The notes under the pieces: model-generated | Databases searched by the model: none | Told to the model about the DNA's origin: nothing | The model's input: the letters and a program-made list of their open reading frames with translations, nothing else | Shown: positions 13,630 through 26,930 of the stretch, in pieces | How positions within the stretch are numbered: position 1 is the first letter of the stretch | Layout of the letters: every line of letters begins with the position of its first letter | Program-made: the position numbers and the translations under genes | Assembly: GCF_001194135.2 (NCBI RefSeq) | Contig: NC_068993.1 | Span: 14,701,298 to 14,765,297 of the forward strand | Reading direction: 5' to 3' | Length of the DNA stretch: 64,000 bases | From: Octopus bimaculoides | Taxonomy: Eukaryota

Positions 13630-13930
13630 CACTACTACTACTACTACTACCAGTGTTGCTGCTGCTGCTGCTACCACTAGTGCTACTACTCCCACTACTG
13701 CTGCTGAGGCTGCCATTGCTGCTACTACTACTTCTACTACTACTACTGCTGCTACTGCTGCTGCTGCTGCTGTTTGCACTTCTACTAGAAGTAGTAGTAG
13801 TAGTAATAATAGTAGTAGTAGTGACAGCAGCATCAGTGGTAGGAGTAGTGGCAGCGGCTGCAGTAGTAGCAGCAGCAGCAGCAGCAGTAGTAGTGGTAGT
13901 AGTAGTAGTAGTAGTAGTAGTAGTTGTTGT
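13630..13930. repeat. Strand-switching trinucleotide array: (ACT/GCT)n then (AGT/AGC)n, an imperfect fold-back
   Basis: The left arm is CTA/CTG-rich and the right arm is TAG/CAG-rich. The switch falls at the near-palindrome acttctactagaagt (~13779-13793). Confidence 0.85.
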
Positions 13931-14433
13931 CTGTCATAGAAGGGGGGTGACGACAAGGAGTAGAGGGCAGAGCTGTTACAGTGATAGAAGTCGGGGAAAA
14001 AATAGCAATGTTTACTGTTGTTGTTGGTAGTAATTGTGGTTGTGGTCTTAAACGATTCGAAACCAATGATAAAAAAAAAAAACAAAGAAAAAAACAAAAT
14101 CGTCCGAGCGTTAAATAAATAGAACAAGCGTGAAAAGTGGATCCCGATAGCAAATTTGTAGAGAAGGTAAAGGTCAACGCCAAAATATAAGTCCTCAATA
14201 GCTACATGAGCAGAGTTTATCACCCATCATATGTTCTCTTTCTGTGTATCTCTTTTCTACTCGCACTCTGTCTTTTTTTTCTCTGTCTCTTACGGTACAC
14301 TAACCCCGCACGCATGTAATAACAATGCATCCCGGCCTTGCCACGTTGTTATGACCTACAGCCACATTGTATAATTTGATCCTTTCTTATGGGCAGAATC
14401 GGCACAGCTGATATATAATATAGAAGTCACTGT

Positions 14434-14493
<60 letters not shown>

Positions 14494-14518
14494 NNNNNNN
14501 NNNNNNNNNNNNNNNNNN

Positions 14519-14557
<39 letters not shown>

Positions 14558-14558
<1 letters not shown>

Positions 14559-14717
14559 GACGGGCTTCTTTCAGTTACCGTCTATTAAATCCACTGACAA
14601 GGCTTTGGTCAACCCGAGAATATAGTAGAAGATACATGCTCAATGTACCATGCAATGGGACTGAACCCAGAACCATGTGGTTGGGAAACATGCTTCTTAC
14701 CACGGAACCACGCCTGC
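14558..14717 (-). mobile_element. SINE fragment including the tRNA-like head
   Basis: The minus strand reads gcaggcgtggttccgtggtaagaagcatgtttcccaaccacatggttctgggttcagtccc, an A/B-box-like head. Confidence 0.85.
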
Positions 14718-16484
14718 GGCAATTGCAGCTAATCTGCCATATGTACCACAACTGGTTGGAAGCTCCACTTGATAGTTGTAGTATATATTTCAGATTAGCT
14801 GCAAGATGTAGATTAAACGTGACATGAACAAAAGGGAAGAGAGACGGACAGAAGCTTCTCCACAGAATAGATGTCCTGTTATATGTTTAAAAATGGATAT
14901 TGATAATTATTATGTTTGTGATCCTGCTGATCAAAAATTTAATATCAAACATTATGCTGCTGAATGCATGAGAATTTGGTCCCAATCGGATCAAATGCGA
15001 AAGAAAAAAATACATGGAATATTCATAGTTCAAGCTTATATGAAAGTATATTTTGTGATGCTGTTACTCTGCTCAGATATCAAATTTCTGCAATCTTACT
15101 TTTGGAACAATATCAAAGACTTACGATAAAATATTTAACATAATCGGAGACTTGCTATAAATAAAAAAAACAACGTCGAAATTTATAGAAGAATGAAACA
15201 ATGATTGGAGATCTATAAATTTATGCATGAAAGTAAACATAAGCACATATAATAAAAACAACCTGAAAGTTTCACGAATGCCACAACTGTGTATTATTAT
15301 AATAGGAGCGGCGCACTGTGAAACATATATCAAAGAGAAATAATAATTATATATAATGCAACGCTACAGCTCATCAAGATCTCCATCAACAACTCTGCTG
15401 CAACAAGAATGAAGAGACAAAAAATAGTTCATGGAATGTCATGTATTACACGAAACTTATTAATTTACTATAACAACCACTTACTGTGCTATAGTAGAAT
15501 ATATACTGACTAGTGACTAACTAACTAATGGCTTTCGGATTTGTATTCAAAAAACGTGATTCTTTATTACATAGCAAACATCGAAACTTTATCTCTCGAC
15601 AAATTCTTCTATGCAACGTGTGTGAAGGATGTGTTTCAGGTGTAATACGTTTGAAATTCTGATCCAGCTTTGCGCATCAATGTCAGACATAAATTAGCCA
15701 GTGCATAACGAATGTGATGGAAAATTATTCAAAGACACGCAATCCATTCCTCTAAAACCCAAATAAAGATGAAAATGCACAAAGTGTATGAACAGTCAAA
15801 CATTTCCAATTCACCTAGGCACATTTTTACAGCTTTCACTCAACCCACAGCACTGGCTTGTCATTTAATTTTGCAGAAAACCAAAAACGAAAAACATATG
15901 AAATAAGAGAGATGAACGCCTAAAATTCGGGAGCGAATTAAAGACAAATAATATTCAAGCAGAAGGGATATTCAATATACATACATGCATACATGCATAT
16001 ATATATATATATATGCATGTAAATATATGTATATACATNNNNNNNNNNNNNNNNNNNNNNNNNNNNNNNNNNNNNNNNNNNNNNNNNNNNNNNNNNNNNN
16101 NNNNNNNNNNNNNNNNNNNNNNNNNNNNNNNNNNNNNNNNNNNNNNNNNNNNNNNNNNNNNNNNNNNNNNNNNNNNNNNNNNNNNNNNNNNNNNNNNNNN
16201 NNNNNNNNNNNNNNNNNNNNNNNNNNNNNNNNNNNNNNNNNNNNNNNNNNNNNNNNNNNNNNNNNNNNNNNNNNNNNNNNNNNNNNNNNNNNNNNNNNNN
16301 NNNNNNNNNNNNNNNNNNNNNNNNNNNNNNNNNNNNNNNNNNNNNNNNNNNNNNNNNNNNNNNNNNNNNNNNNNNNNNNNNNNNNNNNNNNNNNNNNNNN
16401 NNNNNNNNNNNNNNNNNNNNNNNNNNNNNNNNNNNNNNNNNNNNNNNNNNNNNNNATATATATGTATACATGTACATATATATG

Positions 16485-16515
<31 letters not shown>

Positions 16516-17289
16516 CTATATATGCATATATATGTGTGTGTGTGTGTGCGTGCGTGTGTATGAATATGTGTGTGTGTATGTGTGTGTATGTGTGTGTGAA
16601 TGTATATATATTTATATATATAACGTGTAATATAAACAATTCGCATCAGGCGCAGTGTTACTCAATACATACAATTTCCAAGTAAAACCCAGTGGAAAAG
16701 TAATAAAAATTGATCTCTCCTCTGTAGCGTGAGATGAATGCATGGATGCATGAACGGGTAGACAACAAGAAACCAGTTAAAAATACAACACAATTTACTT
16801 CAGTTCATCTAACATCCAAGTCAGATAAATAACAGAAAACTACGTTAGAGCAACATGGAGAAAACGTTTTGGCTTTGCAATTTCTCTGCAATATATGCCG
16901 ACGGGCTTTTGTGGTGTATTTTAATATCTCAAACTAATGGCTGAGACATTAGAATACACAAGCTATCGAGAATGCGCCAGCTCGTATCAGGTGATCAGCG
17001 TAAAGTTGTTTTTTACATACATATATGTATGTATAGATACATATACATATATGTAGGTAACGTATATACGTGTGCGTGTGAGTGTGTGTGTTTGCGAGTG
17101 TGTGCTTGTGTTTATGTAAATAGTATATTATAGACATATATTCAAATATGAAATCGAAGCAGCTCGAGGTATATGAACACAATCGAACACCTATAATGTG
17201 TATATTGATTTTCATGGCTCGGCTGCATTTTTTAGGGGTAGGAGAATATGCTTTTAACGGACCCGAAATACTTGAAAGAATGTCATATT

Positions 17290-17415
17290 CTTTTACATGT
17301 TTCAGTCATTTCGCTGTGGCCATGCTGGAGCACCGCGTTTAATCGAAGAAAATTACCTCAGCACTTATTCTTTTTAAGCATAGTACTTATTCTATCGGTC
17401 TGTTTTGCCGAACTG
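17290..17415 (-). mobile_element. SINE 3' fragment
   Basis: gtttcagtcatttcgctgtggccatgctggagcaccgc...agtacttattctatcggtctgttttgccgaac is the reverse complement of the 9270-9400 segment. Confidence 0.85.
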
Positions 17416-18165
17416 CATTATATATATATATATATATACATATATATNNNNNNNNNNNNNNNNNNNNNNNNNNNNNNNNNNNNNNNNNNNNNNNNNNNNN
17501 NNNNNNNNNNNNNNNNNNNNNNNNNNNNNNNNNNNNNNNNNNNNNNNNNNNNNNNNNNNNNNNNNNNNNNNNNNNNNNNNNNNNNNNNNNNNNNNNNNNN
17601 NNNNNNNNNNNNNNNNNNNNNNNNNNNNNNNNNNNNNNNNNNNNNNNNNNNNNNNNNNNNNNNNNNNNNNNNNNNNNNNNNNNNNNNNNNNNNNNNNNNN
17701 NNNNNNNNNNNNNNNNNNNNNNNNNNNNNNNNNNNNNNNNNNNNNNNNNNNNNNNNNNNNNNNNNNNNNNNNNNNNNNNNNNNNNNNNNNNNNNNNNNNN
17801 NNNNNNNNNNNNNNNNNNNNNNNNNNNNNNNNNNNNNNNNNNNNNNNNNNNNNNNNNNNNNNNNNNNNNNNNNNNNNNNNNNNNNNNNNNNNNNNNNNNN
17901 NNNNNNNNNNNNNNNNNNNNNNNNNNNNNNNNNNNNNNNNNNNNNNNNNNNNNNNNNNNNNNNNNNNNNNNNNNNNNNNNNNNNNNNNNNNNNNNNNNNN
18001 NNNNNNNNNNNNNNNNNNNNNNNNNNNNNNNNNNNNNNNNNNNNNNNNNNNNNNNNNNNNNNNNNNNNNNNNNNNNNNNNNNNNNNNNNNNNNNNNNNNN
18101 NNNNNNNNNNNNNNNNNNNNNNNNNNNNNNNNNNNNNNNNNNNNNNNNNNNNNNNNNNNNNNNNN

Positions 18166-18204
<39 letters not shown>

Positions 18205-20198
18205 AGACCGATAAATAGATAGAAAAATAGATAGATAGATAAATAGATAGATACAATAACTAAATATCAACATTTCTGTGAGAAAATCACATGATGTTTA
18301 TTATTGATTGTTTTTTTATACTTTCTTCTTATTTTTCTAATTTACGGCAACCTTGAAATATAAATATATTTTTAAATTATTGAATACATATTTTATATTT
18401 AACAGTTAGGAAAACATATCGAAATATATTAGGAAATGATTTCTACATTCAGTTGATTGTTTTCTTGCTCTGTAATAAATTAGATATGTTTCATTATTAT
18501 TTTGAGGGATTCTTTGACGCTGATTCTATTTGCATTGAGTAAATGAATTTCTTTGACATATGTAAAATAATTTCAGGGATCGTTTACAGAAGTATTATGC
18601 TGTTAGTAAAACTTATATGAGCATACACACACAGGCACACATATACACTCAGACACACAGACACAGACACATTCACATACACACACACGGAACCATACAG
18701 ACGGGCATACACGGGACCACACAGACGGACACACACATGCTCACACACGGACACATACGCTTGCACACACATATATATATACACATAAGCCATAACAAAT
18801 ATGGATTATGGGCCTACTAACACTAACGGATGTAAGCACATCAACATATATAAAGTGACAGACAGACAGACAAATAGTTAAATATAGAGAGAGAGCGAGA
18901 GAGAGAGAGAAAGAGACAGGGAAAGACGCACATATTCGCACATATACGACCATGTATATGTGAAATAGTTGTATATTTAATTATGTATCCATGTACATTT
19001 ATACACAAACACACACATATATATACATATACATACGCCTTTATATTGTATATGTTTCTTCATANNNNNNNNNNNNNNNNNNNNNNNNNNNNNNNNNNNN
19101 NNNNNNNNNNNNNNNNNNNNNNNNNNNNNNNNNNNNNNNNNNNNNNNNNNNNNNNNNNNNNNNNNNNNNNNNNNNNNNNNNNNNNNNNNNNNNNNNNNNN
19201 NNNNNNNNNNNNNNNNNNNNNNNNNNNNNNNNNNNNNNNNNNNNNNNNNNNNNNNNNNNNNNNNNNNNNNNNNNNNNNNNNNNNNNNNNNNNNNNNNNNN
19301 NNNNNNNNNNNNNNNNNNNNNNNNNNNNNNNNNNNNNNNNNNNNNNNNNNNNNNNNNNNNNNNNNNNNNNNNNNNNNNNNNNNNNNNNNNNNNNNNNNNN
19401 NNNNNNNNNNNNNNNNNNNNNNNNNNNNNNNNNNNNNNNNNNNNNNNNNNNNNNNNNNNNNNNNNNNNTATATACATATATATATATATACTAACAATAT
19501 TATGGATAATAATCAGAAAAAGAAAAAAAATATGAGAACCAGGAGGAGGACGTGGAGGAGGAAGTAGAGGAGGAGGTGGAGGAGGAGGATGAAGGGAAAA
19601 AGAAAGAGGAGGAAGAGGAAGAGATGGAGGGAGCGTAGGATGTGCTAGCTGTGACGATGAAGGAAGGGGAAGGAAGAGGAGGCGGAAGTGTGGAAGAGGC
19701 CGTGGAGTGGAGGAGATGGGGAAGGCGCAGACAGAGGATAGGAGGCGGAAGGGGAGGATATATACAGTTGAATTCAATTATAAGAGTGTAATTTAGAATT
19801 CATTGATTCTTTGCTTTGCTTAGAGAAATTAGATACATCCAACTTTGATCATTTTCAACAGTCAAACAGGCTATTCAATGGCATTTTAAAATTAATCTAA
19901 ACACATTCGAATTGGATTGAAACTTTCTTATACGCTCTGATTAAATCTTTGGCATAAGTATATGTACAGAAACATATCTACATCTACACCTATACCGACT
20001 TATACAGGCACTGACATACACACATATACACACATACACACATATATACACATGCGCACACACACACATGCACACACACTCTGACACGAAACATACATAC
20101 ACTTTCCCACCCACATAAGATATATACAGTTATATATTTAGATATACGTACTTCTACCCACACATCTAGCTCTCTCTCTCTCTCCCTCTCTCCCTCTC

Positions 20199-20237
<39 letters not shown>

Positions 20238-21359
20238 ACGTGTGCGTGTCTATACATACATACGTGTATACATACACACACACACACGCACACATATATA
20301 TACTTGCATATATTTATATGTTTCTATAGGCATATATATGTATACCTATATGTACGTATGTATACATACATACATGCATGCCTACATATAATCCATACGT
20401 ACGTACATACATACCTCCATACATACATACATACATACATACATACATACATACATACATACATACATACATGTACGTATTTCATTTCAGATTACCGGAT
20501 GAAAAAAAAAAGCCAACATAGTGAAGAAATATTATTTATATTATGTTCGAATGTTTATATTCATTTCAATCTTATTTGGAAGAAATTTGGTTACATTTAT
20601 GTAAAATTCGAATTGAAATTTCAGCTCTAAACTTCAAGGAAATTCTAAGAAATTTTATTCCGTATGTTAAGTTACAGAATAAAGAAAATATCTAACACCT
20701 TTATCTATTTTGATTATAAATGTTATTTGATTCTATTTTAGTTTCTTCACGTTGTGATTTTCCTATTCTAAATCATGTTTCTTAAATTTTATATTTGACT
20801 TCGTTTTTATTGTAGAACAATATATATAACAGTGATTAGTGAACGCGTATAAAGAAACGTTGTCGCAATAACATATCGCAGTTGCTTATCCGACTTTTTT
20901 GTTTTTTTCCAAATGAATAAATGGAATCAAATATATGTACATATAATATTAATATAAGAATGTTTTCACACCACAGTATAATTGGATGTAATGTATTTTG
21001 TTATATTTATTCATTTATGTATTTATATATGATGATATTATAATGCCCGACTACCTAACAACCTGTATAATTTCTCAGCTTCATTTTCTAATATCTATGA
21101 TTGACAATATTTTTTTTCCTGTTAGCATTTTAAATACGATTATCGATTTATCTGAACATAGCGATCTAGTTATTTCTAAATTATATTTATCCAACATATT
21201 CCTCCGTAAAACTTTATATATATTATACCACATATCTGTTGATCCATTTTATATATATAGTGCACGCACACACATACATGTTTGCGTATGTATTCATGAA
21301 AATATGTATGTATACATGACTTTCTATGTGTGTGTGTCTTCCCGTTTAATTTTAAATAC

Positions 21360-21455
21360 TTGAAGTTCTCCTCGAACGGAGATGGTGGTTTATGACAAAA
21401 ATGAGAGTAGAAAACACCATTACTGCATTGTAGATAAGGAAAACAATGTCATATT
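21360..21455 (-). CDS. Candidate 96-nt phase 1-1 exon encoding a transmembrane-like helix (YDIVFLIYNAVMVFSTLIFVINHHLRSRRTS)
   Basis: Acceptor ttattctcaagttcag|, donor CAA|GTATTT, open frame, and a hydrophobic stretch followed by basic residues. No recognisable homology. Confidence 0.25.
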
Positions 21456-21614
21456 CTGAACTTGAGAATAAATTTATACATCGTAATAGCGAATGTCAGG
21501 TGATTGATTTCTTCTGAAAATCCTCAAGTTTAGATATTGTAACTTAGATATCTATGAAAAACGTTTTTTTCCTACACACATATATATTAGCCATTAAAAC
21601 TTTTATTTACTCTT

Positions 21615-21730
21615 ACAGTTTATTTCTCCGTTCATTTCTGTCGAAGAGCGTAGGCTCGAAACGTAAAAGACTTTCTCACTTCCCGAGCGTTAAACTAATA
21701 CATCTGTCTGTTGTTTACACACCCGTCTCC
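21615..21730 (+). mobile_element. Dispersed repeat family B (Penelope-like terminal fragment), copy 2
   Basis: tttctgtcgaagagcgtaggctcgaaacgtaaaagactttctcacttcccgagcgttaaactaatacatctgt is the inverse of the copies at 9494 and 55443. Confidence 0.65.
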
Positions 21731-21894
21731 GTATTTTGTTTTTTTTTGTAAATCCTCATTAACATTTCTTCTTTGATCATCATTATGCATTTAGATGATA
21801 TCTAATGTATCTTTTCTTTTATCTTTCAATTATATGTGCGTGTGTTTGTTTATGTATGCATACACACACACAAACACACATACAAGCACACGCA

Positions 21895-22058
21895 CAGACA
21901 AATGGATACTTGTAATTTCTGTCTACCAAATCTGTTCACATAGCGTTGGTTGTCCTCGGGCTATACATAGAAAACACTTCCTACGTTACCACTCCTTGAA
22001 GCTGAACCCGAAATCATGTGGTTGCGAAAGAAACGTCCTACAACAGAGCCACGCCTTG
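21895..22058 (-). mobile_element. Degraded SINE fragment with head
   Basis: gaagctgaacccgaaatcatgtggttgcgaaagaaacgtcctacaacagagccacgcct is homologous to 14660-14717. Confidence 0.75.
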
Positions 22059-22299
22059 AGTCTACAAATGTACGTCTAATCATTATATTCAACCTCAGTA
22101 ATATGTCTTTGAGGATGTAATGATAAACCTTATATATGTCGATCACAGTTTTCTCTGGTCATAAGAGCAGATAAAATATTCTTGGGGAAAAATATCCTCA
22201 TTTGACAAGCATATCTAAAGACATTTTCACTCAGGTAACGTATAGCTGAGATTCTATCTTACACATACACACACACAAACACACACATACATACATATA

Positions 22300-22622
22300 T
22301 TCTTTTATTCTGTCAGTCTTCCATGCGATTCATCCGTACACCAGGTGTCATGTTGGAGCACCACCGTGAGTTCTCTCCTTTCCACAGCCATCGTAATTGG
22401 ATGACCTCTACGTGATAATTGTATTTATTTTCACCACACCTACATCCCCCTTTTTTTTACTGACTATTGTCACTTTTGACACTGCTGCATTCGTCTCTAA
22501 TTCATGTCGGTCCGTTGCCTCGTCATGCATCGTGGTTAGGAGATTGTCCAATTCCTCTTTGAACACATTCACATCAACATTGTATATGTTCATAATTCTT
22601 TTGATTGAGCATTGAAAAGCAA
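22300..22622 (-). mobile_element. 3' end of a CR1/L2/Jockey-type LINE (ORF2 C-terminus plus 3'UTR), frameshifted
   Basis: Minus-strand translation LFNAxxKE/xNIYNVDVNVFKEELDNLLTTMHDEAT matches the LFNxLP..LR.....FK..LD..L..(I/V)PDEP tail of CR1-group RT ORFs. Confidence 0.7.
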
Positions 22623-22983
22623 GTGGTTTCATATTATATATCTGTGTGCGTGTGTGTGTTGCTATATGCATGCATCTGTATGTATGAGTGCCCTTTTGTC
22701 CCAAGATAAATCCTCAATAGTGACCAGCTTACCTTTCTGCTCATTTTCTATCAGGTTGGGTAGAATTTCGTACTAAGCAAAATTCTTGGACAGATGTAAT
22801 CTATACAAAGGCACTTGCAGGAGTTGGCATACTTTTGCCTAAGGCCAATACCAAATTCTAATATTTGTACATACGTATATCCATGTATACATATGTATAT
22901 GTATATGTATATATCTATACATGTGTGTGTATTCCTATACATGTGTGTGTATTCCTATACATACATAGGCATATAATACATAC

Positions 22984-23019
<36 letters not shown>

Positions 23020-23409
23020 ATACATACCAAACATCGTAATTTTTCTCCATCCGTTCATATTTCTCCAGCATCTTTGCGAACGCTGGTCAGATCTCTGAGT
23101 AATCGTATTTGAGCTTGTATCTTTTTATGTACATGAACATGTATGTTTTTGTTTATTTTTGGACCTGCCATTGAGTGCTGCTTTTATTTGGCTCTTTGCT
23201 GATTTTGTCTGATTCGTTGTTTTTTTTCTTTTAGTTTGCTTGTTTTTTTCTGACCAATCATATTTCCCTTTTATTTCATACTTATCTAAATATTCTGCTG
23301 CAAAATTTCCATAGAGAACGACAATTCCTTAGCAAATAATCTTCATATTCCTTGTTTTTTTACTTACTATATTTTTCCCAACTACTTTCTCAGTGTTCAA
23401 CAGTTTTAT

Positions 23410-23453
23410 TTCTTCTTCTTCTTCTTCTTCTTCTTCTTCTTCTTCTTCTTCTT

Positions 23454-23531
<78 letters not shown>

Positions 23532-23574
23532 TTATCATCATCGTCCTCATCATCCTCATCATCATCATCACCAT

Positions 23575-23624
<50 letters not shown>

Positions 23625-23625
23625 C
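23410..23625. repeat. In-phase chain of trinucleotide repeats (CTT)n(ATT)n(CAT)n(AGT)n
   Basis: Seen directly. Confidence 0.95.
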
Positions 23626-23738
23626 CCCTACATCTAACGTCTCTAATTTTCCAACTGTACTAACACAAAGCTACATTCAACAAGACACAAGCAAACAAAT
23701 AATGATAGTGACGAACACACTTTCGCATACACCTAGTC

Positions 23739-23801
<63 letters not shown>

Positions 23802-25563
23802 TACACGGAAAAGAAAACAAAACAAAACAAAAACAATGGTATCAATAAAAATAACATCAGCAGAACCGAACATTACCACCTATACAAATACCAGAAACAA
23901 CAACACCATTTCCACGATCCAACACCACCACCGCCACAACAAACACCACTACCAACAGCAACAACAACCGAACCAACATCAAGCACATCATCAACAAGGG
24001 ATAACATGCAAAAACGAGGTTATTATACAAAGCAACGTAGTAAAGCAAGCGCGTCACTGCGAATATATAATAGCAAAGCTGACATCCCAGCATAGTTATC
24101 TAGTAAATATGTCAAACCCATCTGTTTATAATTTCTCGCCAAGTACAAAAGAGATCAAAGCATAACTAAAACTACATTTCTTCATATTATGACAGAGAGA
24201 TGAATAAGCAATAAAGAGGGGATACAATCACATGATTATATACTTTCATACTTTTTAGTAAGTTATCTTATGCATCTATGGCTTTTCTTGGCGATTATTA
24301 CTGCTTTCCTTTGAATGTTTTTCAGACAAGGTAAAACAAGAAGAAAAAAATCACGTTTGGATGGAATTAAACACTACTATCTGTATTTATTGTTGGTAAT
24401 CCGTGTTATTATAACCGAAAAAGATGCAAATCTTCTTTAAAATCATCGTTGCTTTTAGTGTACTTTGATAATATTCATGGTAAATTTGCATAGAATAAGA
24501 TAGGTTTAGAGCTGTAAAGAGTTCGGGAACGAAATTCGAAACATGTTCGCAACAGTGGAGGTTTAAAAATATGTAGATATACAGATAATAGGAAGGCAAA
24601 CACATGGAAATTACGGTTTTCGAATAGACTACCTCTTTTATACACTGTAAAGTTGGTCTATATTTTATAATCAGTGACTTCCCATACGTAGTGTGAGAAG
24701 GCAGATGTGATATTACCCGCCTAACTCAAATATAATATGCATCTATCAGCCTAACATGCTTCAGGAACGTCCAATATGAGACTGTAATTGGGAACAATTC
24801 GAAATTGAGTATTAATACTGACCTGAATGTTACAGAATGGCAAATACTATTTAATAATTGCGTTGGAAGTCATTTCAAAAGATTTATAATCAATACTTTC
24901 TTTCATTGATGCAGACGCTGAGAAATAAGATTAGCGATAGAGACAGAAGGAACAAGCTCATAAGTGGGAGAAGGAAAGAAACATATTGATTAGGAAATAT
25001 ATACATAATTCCGCAGCAATAAATCCTAGAATATTCTAGCGTTAATCATAGCACAAATTTTTTTTTTTTTTTAAGTCTTCCTTTATTTCTAAGAAAGTGT
25101 TAATATGGATTAATTACATGGATGCGAAACTTGAATGCTATAAAGACAGTAATTTATTCTTTATTATTTACAATCTTACAGAACAATATTAAGCGTGAAG
25201 CTAATGTGAAATAGATTCAGCGAGACACCGAATATGGTTCCTAAGTTTGCGCTTCTTGTGGTTACTTGAAATATAAACGAAACGTACAATATTTAACCAA
25301 CAGCATTGTACATGCTATTTCACCATGAACTCGGTTCCAAGAACAAGTGACAACCATTTCTAAAACCACTTATACTCTTATTAATTTTAGGACAACCATA
25401 ATCAATACAACACTCTTATGTCGCGTCCTTTATGTCAGTATGAAGAAAGTATATCATGACATTTACATGCACGTGATTGTGATGTATACTGCCAGAAATC
25501 AATAATTTGAATAGTCCTTAAACAAGTGCCTTACTATTTCAGTAATTCATTTTCTATTTCCAG

Positions 25564-25677
25564 CACATTGTTGATGGGAAGGATATCATGGAGATTCTTA
25601 AGTACTATAAAATTGCTTCCCTACCTCCAACTCGTCCTCTTCGTCATCTTATACTTTCATATCCAATGAAAAGCTAA
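25564..25677 (+). CDS. Candidate terminal exon (HIVDGKDIMEILKYYKIASLPPTRPLRHLILSYPMKS*)
   Basis: Strong acceptor ttcattttctatttccag|, 37 open codons to TAA, and AATAAA about 85 nt downstream. The second half resembles a cryptic NTC repeat; no family recognised. Confidence 0.25.
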   Translation, partial: HIVDGKDIMEILKYYKIASLPPTRPLRHLILSYPMKS

Positions 25678-26409
25678 AAGAACCTCAGTCTTTGTTGTTC
25701 ATTTGCTTCACTCAACTGCATTACTACGATATAATACATTTGCTCAACCGAAAGTGAATAATAAAAGAGATCAGAAGAGTAAGAGAACTGATAGTAAGTT
25801 AATATAACATGAGATACTATGAAATATCAAATAGTAATGTTATGTTTGGAAATACAAAGTCTGGCCTTTTAAGGATTAACAGCTTTTGGTTGCAATGCTC
25901 TATTTTGAAATTTATCATGAATTATCCACAATAACCACGAAGGAATTGATTTGTTATGTATCAAATTTCCTCAAGGAAATTCTTCAGATATTCTTTAGAT
26001 TATATGCTTAAAGGCATTAACTGCCTTATTTGTAACTTGAACGTATTCACCACCTATAATAATTAAGGTATCTCATTCTAAATTGTATGTTTACATGAAA
26101 GGTTCTTGCGATTTACCTATGTATTTAAGTATAGGCTTTTAGGAAGAGAGATGGCGCTACGATTGAAATGTAGAGATTTCCAATTATCTCTGACGCTATG
26201 ATCACATGCATTCGTGATTTACATGTAACATATTCACTTCTTCCGTTTCCCTTTCATTTCATTAGCTGAATGTCAGAGACCAGGTCGGGTTTTTAATGTC
26301 AACTAAAGTAATCAAGACAACTCAACATTCAGCGAGGGAAAATAGCTGTAAAATATATACAATTACTTCACTCGCAACTCCATTGCACACACACGTATGT
26401 ATGCATATA

Positions 26410-26444
<35 letters not shown>

Positions 26445-26700
26445 NNNNNNNNNNNNNNNNNNNNNNNNNNNNNNNNNNNNNNNNNNNNNNNNNNNNNNNN
26501 NNNNNNNNNNNNNNNNNNNNNNNNNNNNNNNNNNNNNNNNNNNNNNNNNNNNNNNNNNNNNNNNNNNNNNNNNNNNNNNNNNNNNNNNNNNNNNNNNNNN
26601 NNNNNNNNNNNNNNNNNNNNNNNNNNNNNNNNNNNNNNNNNNNNNNNNNNNNNNNNNNNNNNNNNNNNNNNNNNNNNNNNNNACGTAAATATATATATAT

Positions 26701-26744
<44 letters not shown>

Positions 26745-26860
26745 GTATATATATATATATATATTTACGTATGTATATATGTGTGTATTTGTCGGTTTAT
26801 ATGTGTATATATGTGTATGTGCATGTACACATATACATGTATGTATATTTGTATATATAT

Positions 26861-26930
<70 letters not shown>

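Noticed and set aside
14824-15330. 101-aa ORF with faint similarity to pogo or LINE fragments
   Set aside because: No motif order could be confirmed; left unassigned.
19824-19900. Peptide KLDTSNFDHF resembling the AGC-kinase C-terminal DTSNFD motif
   Set aside because: No good donor before the stop and no other kinase exons in the window.
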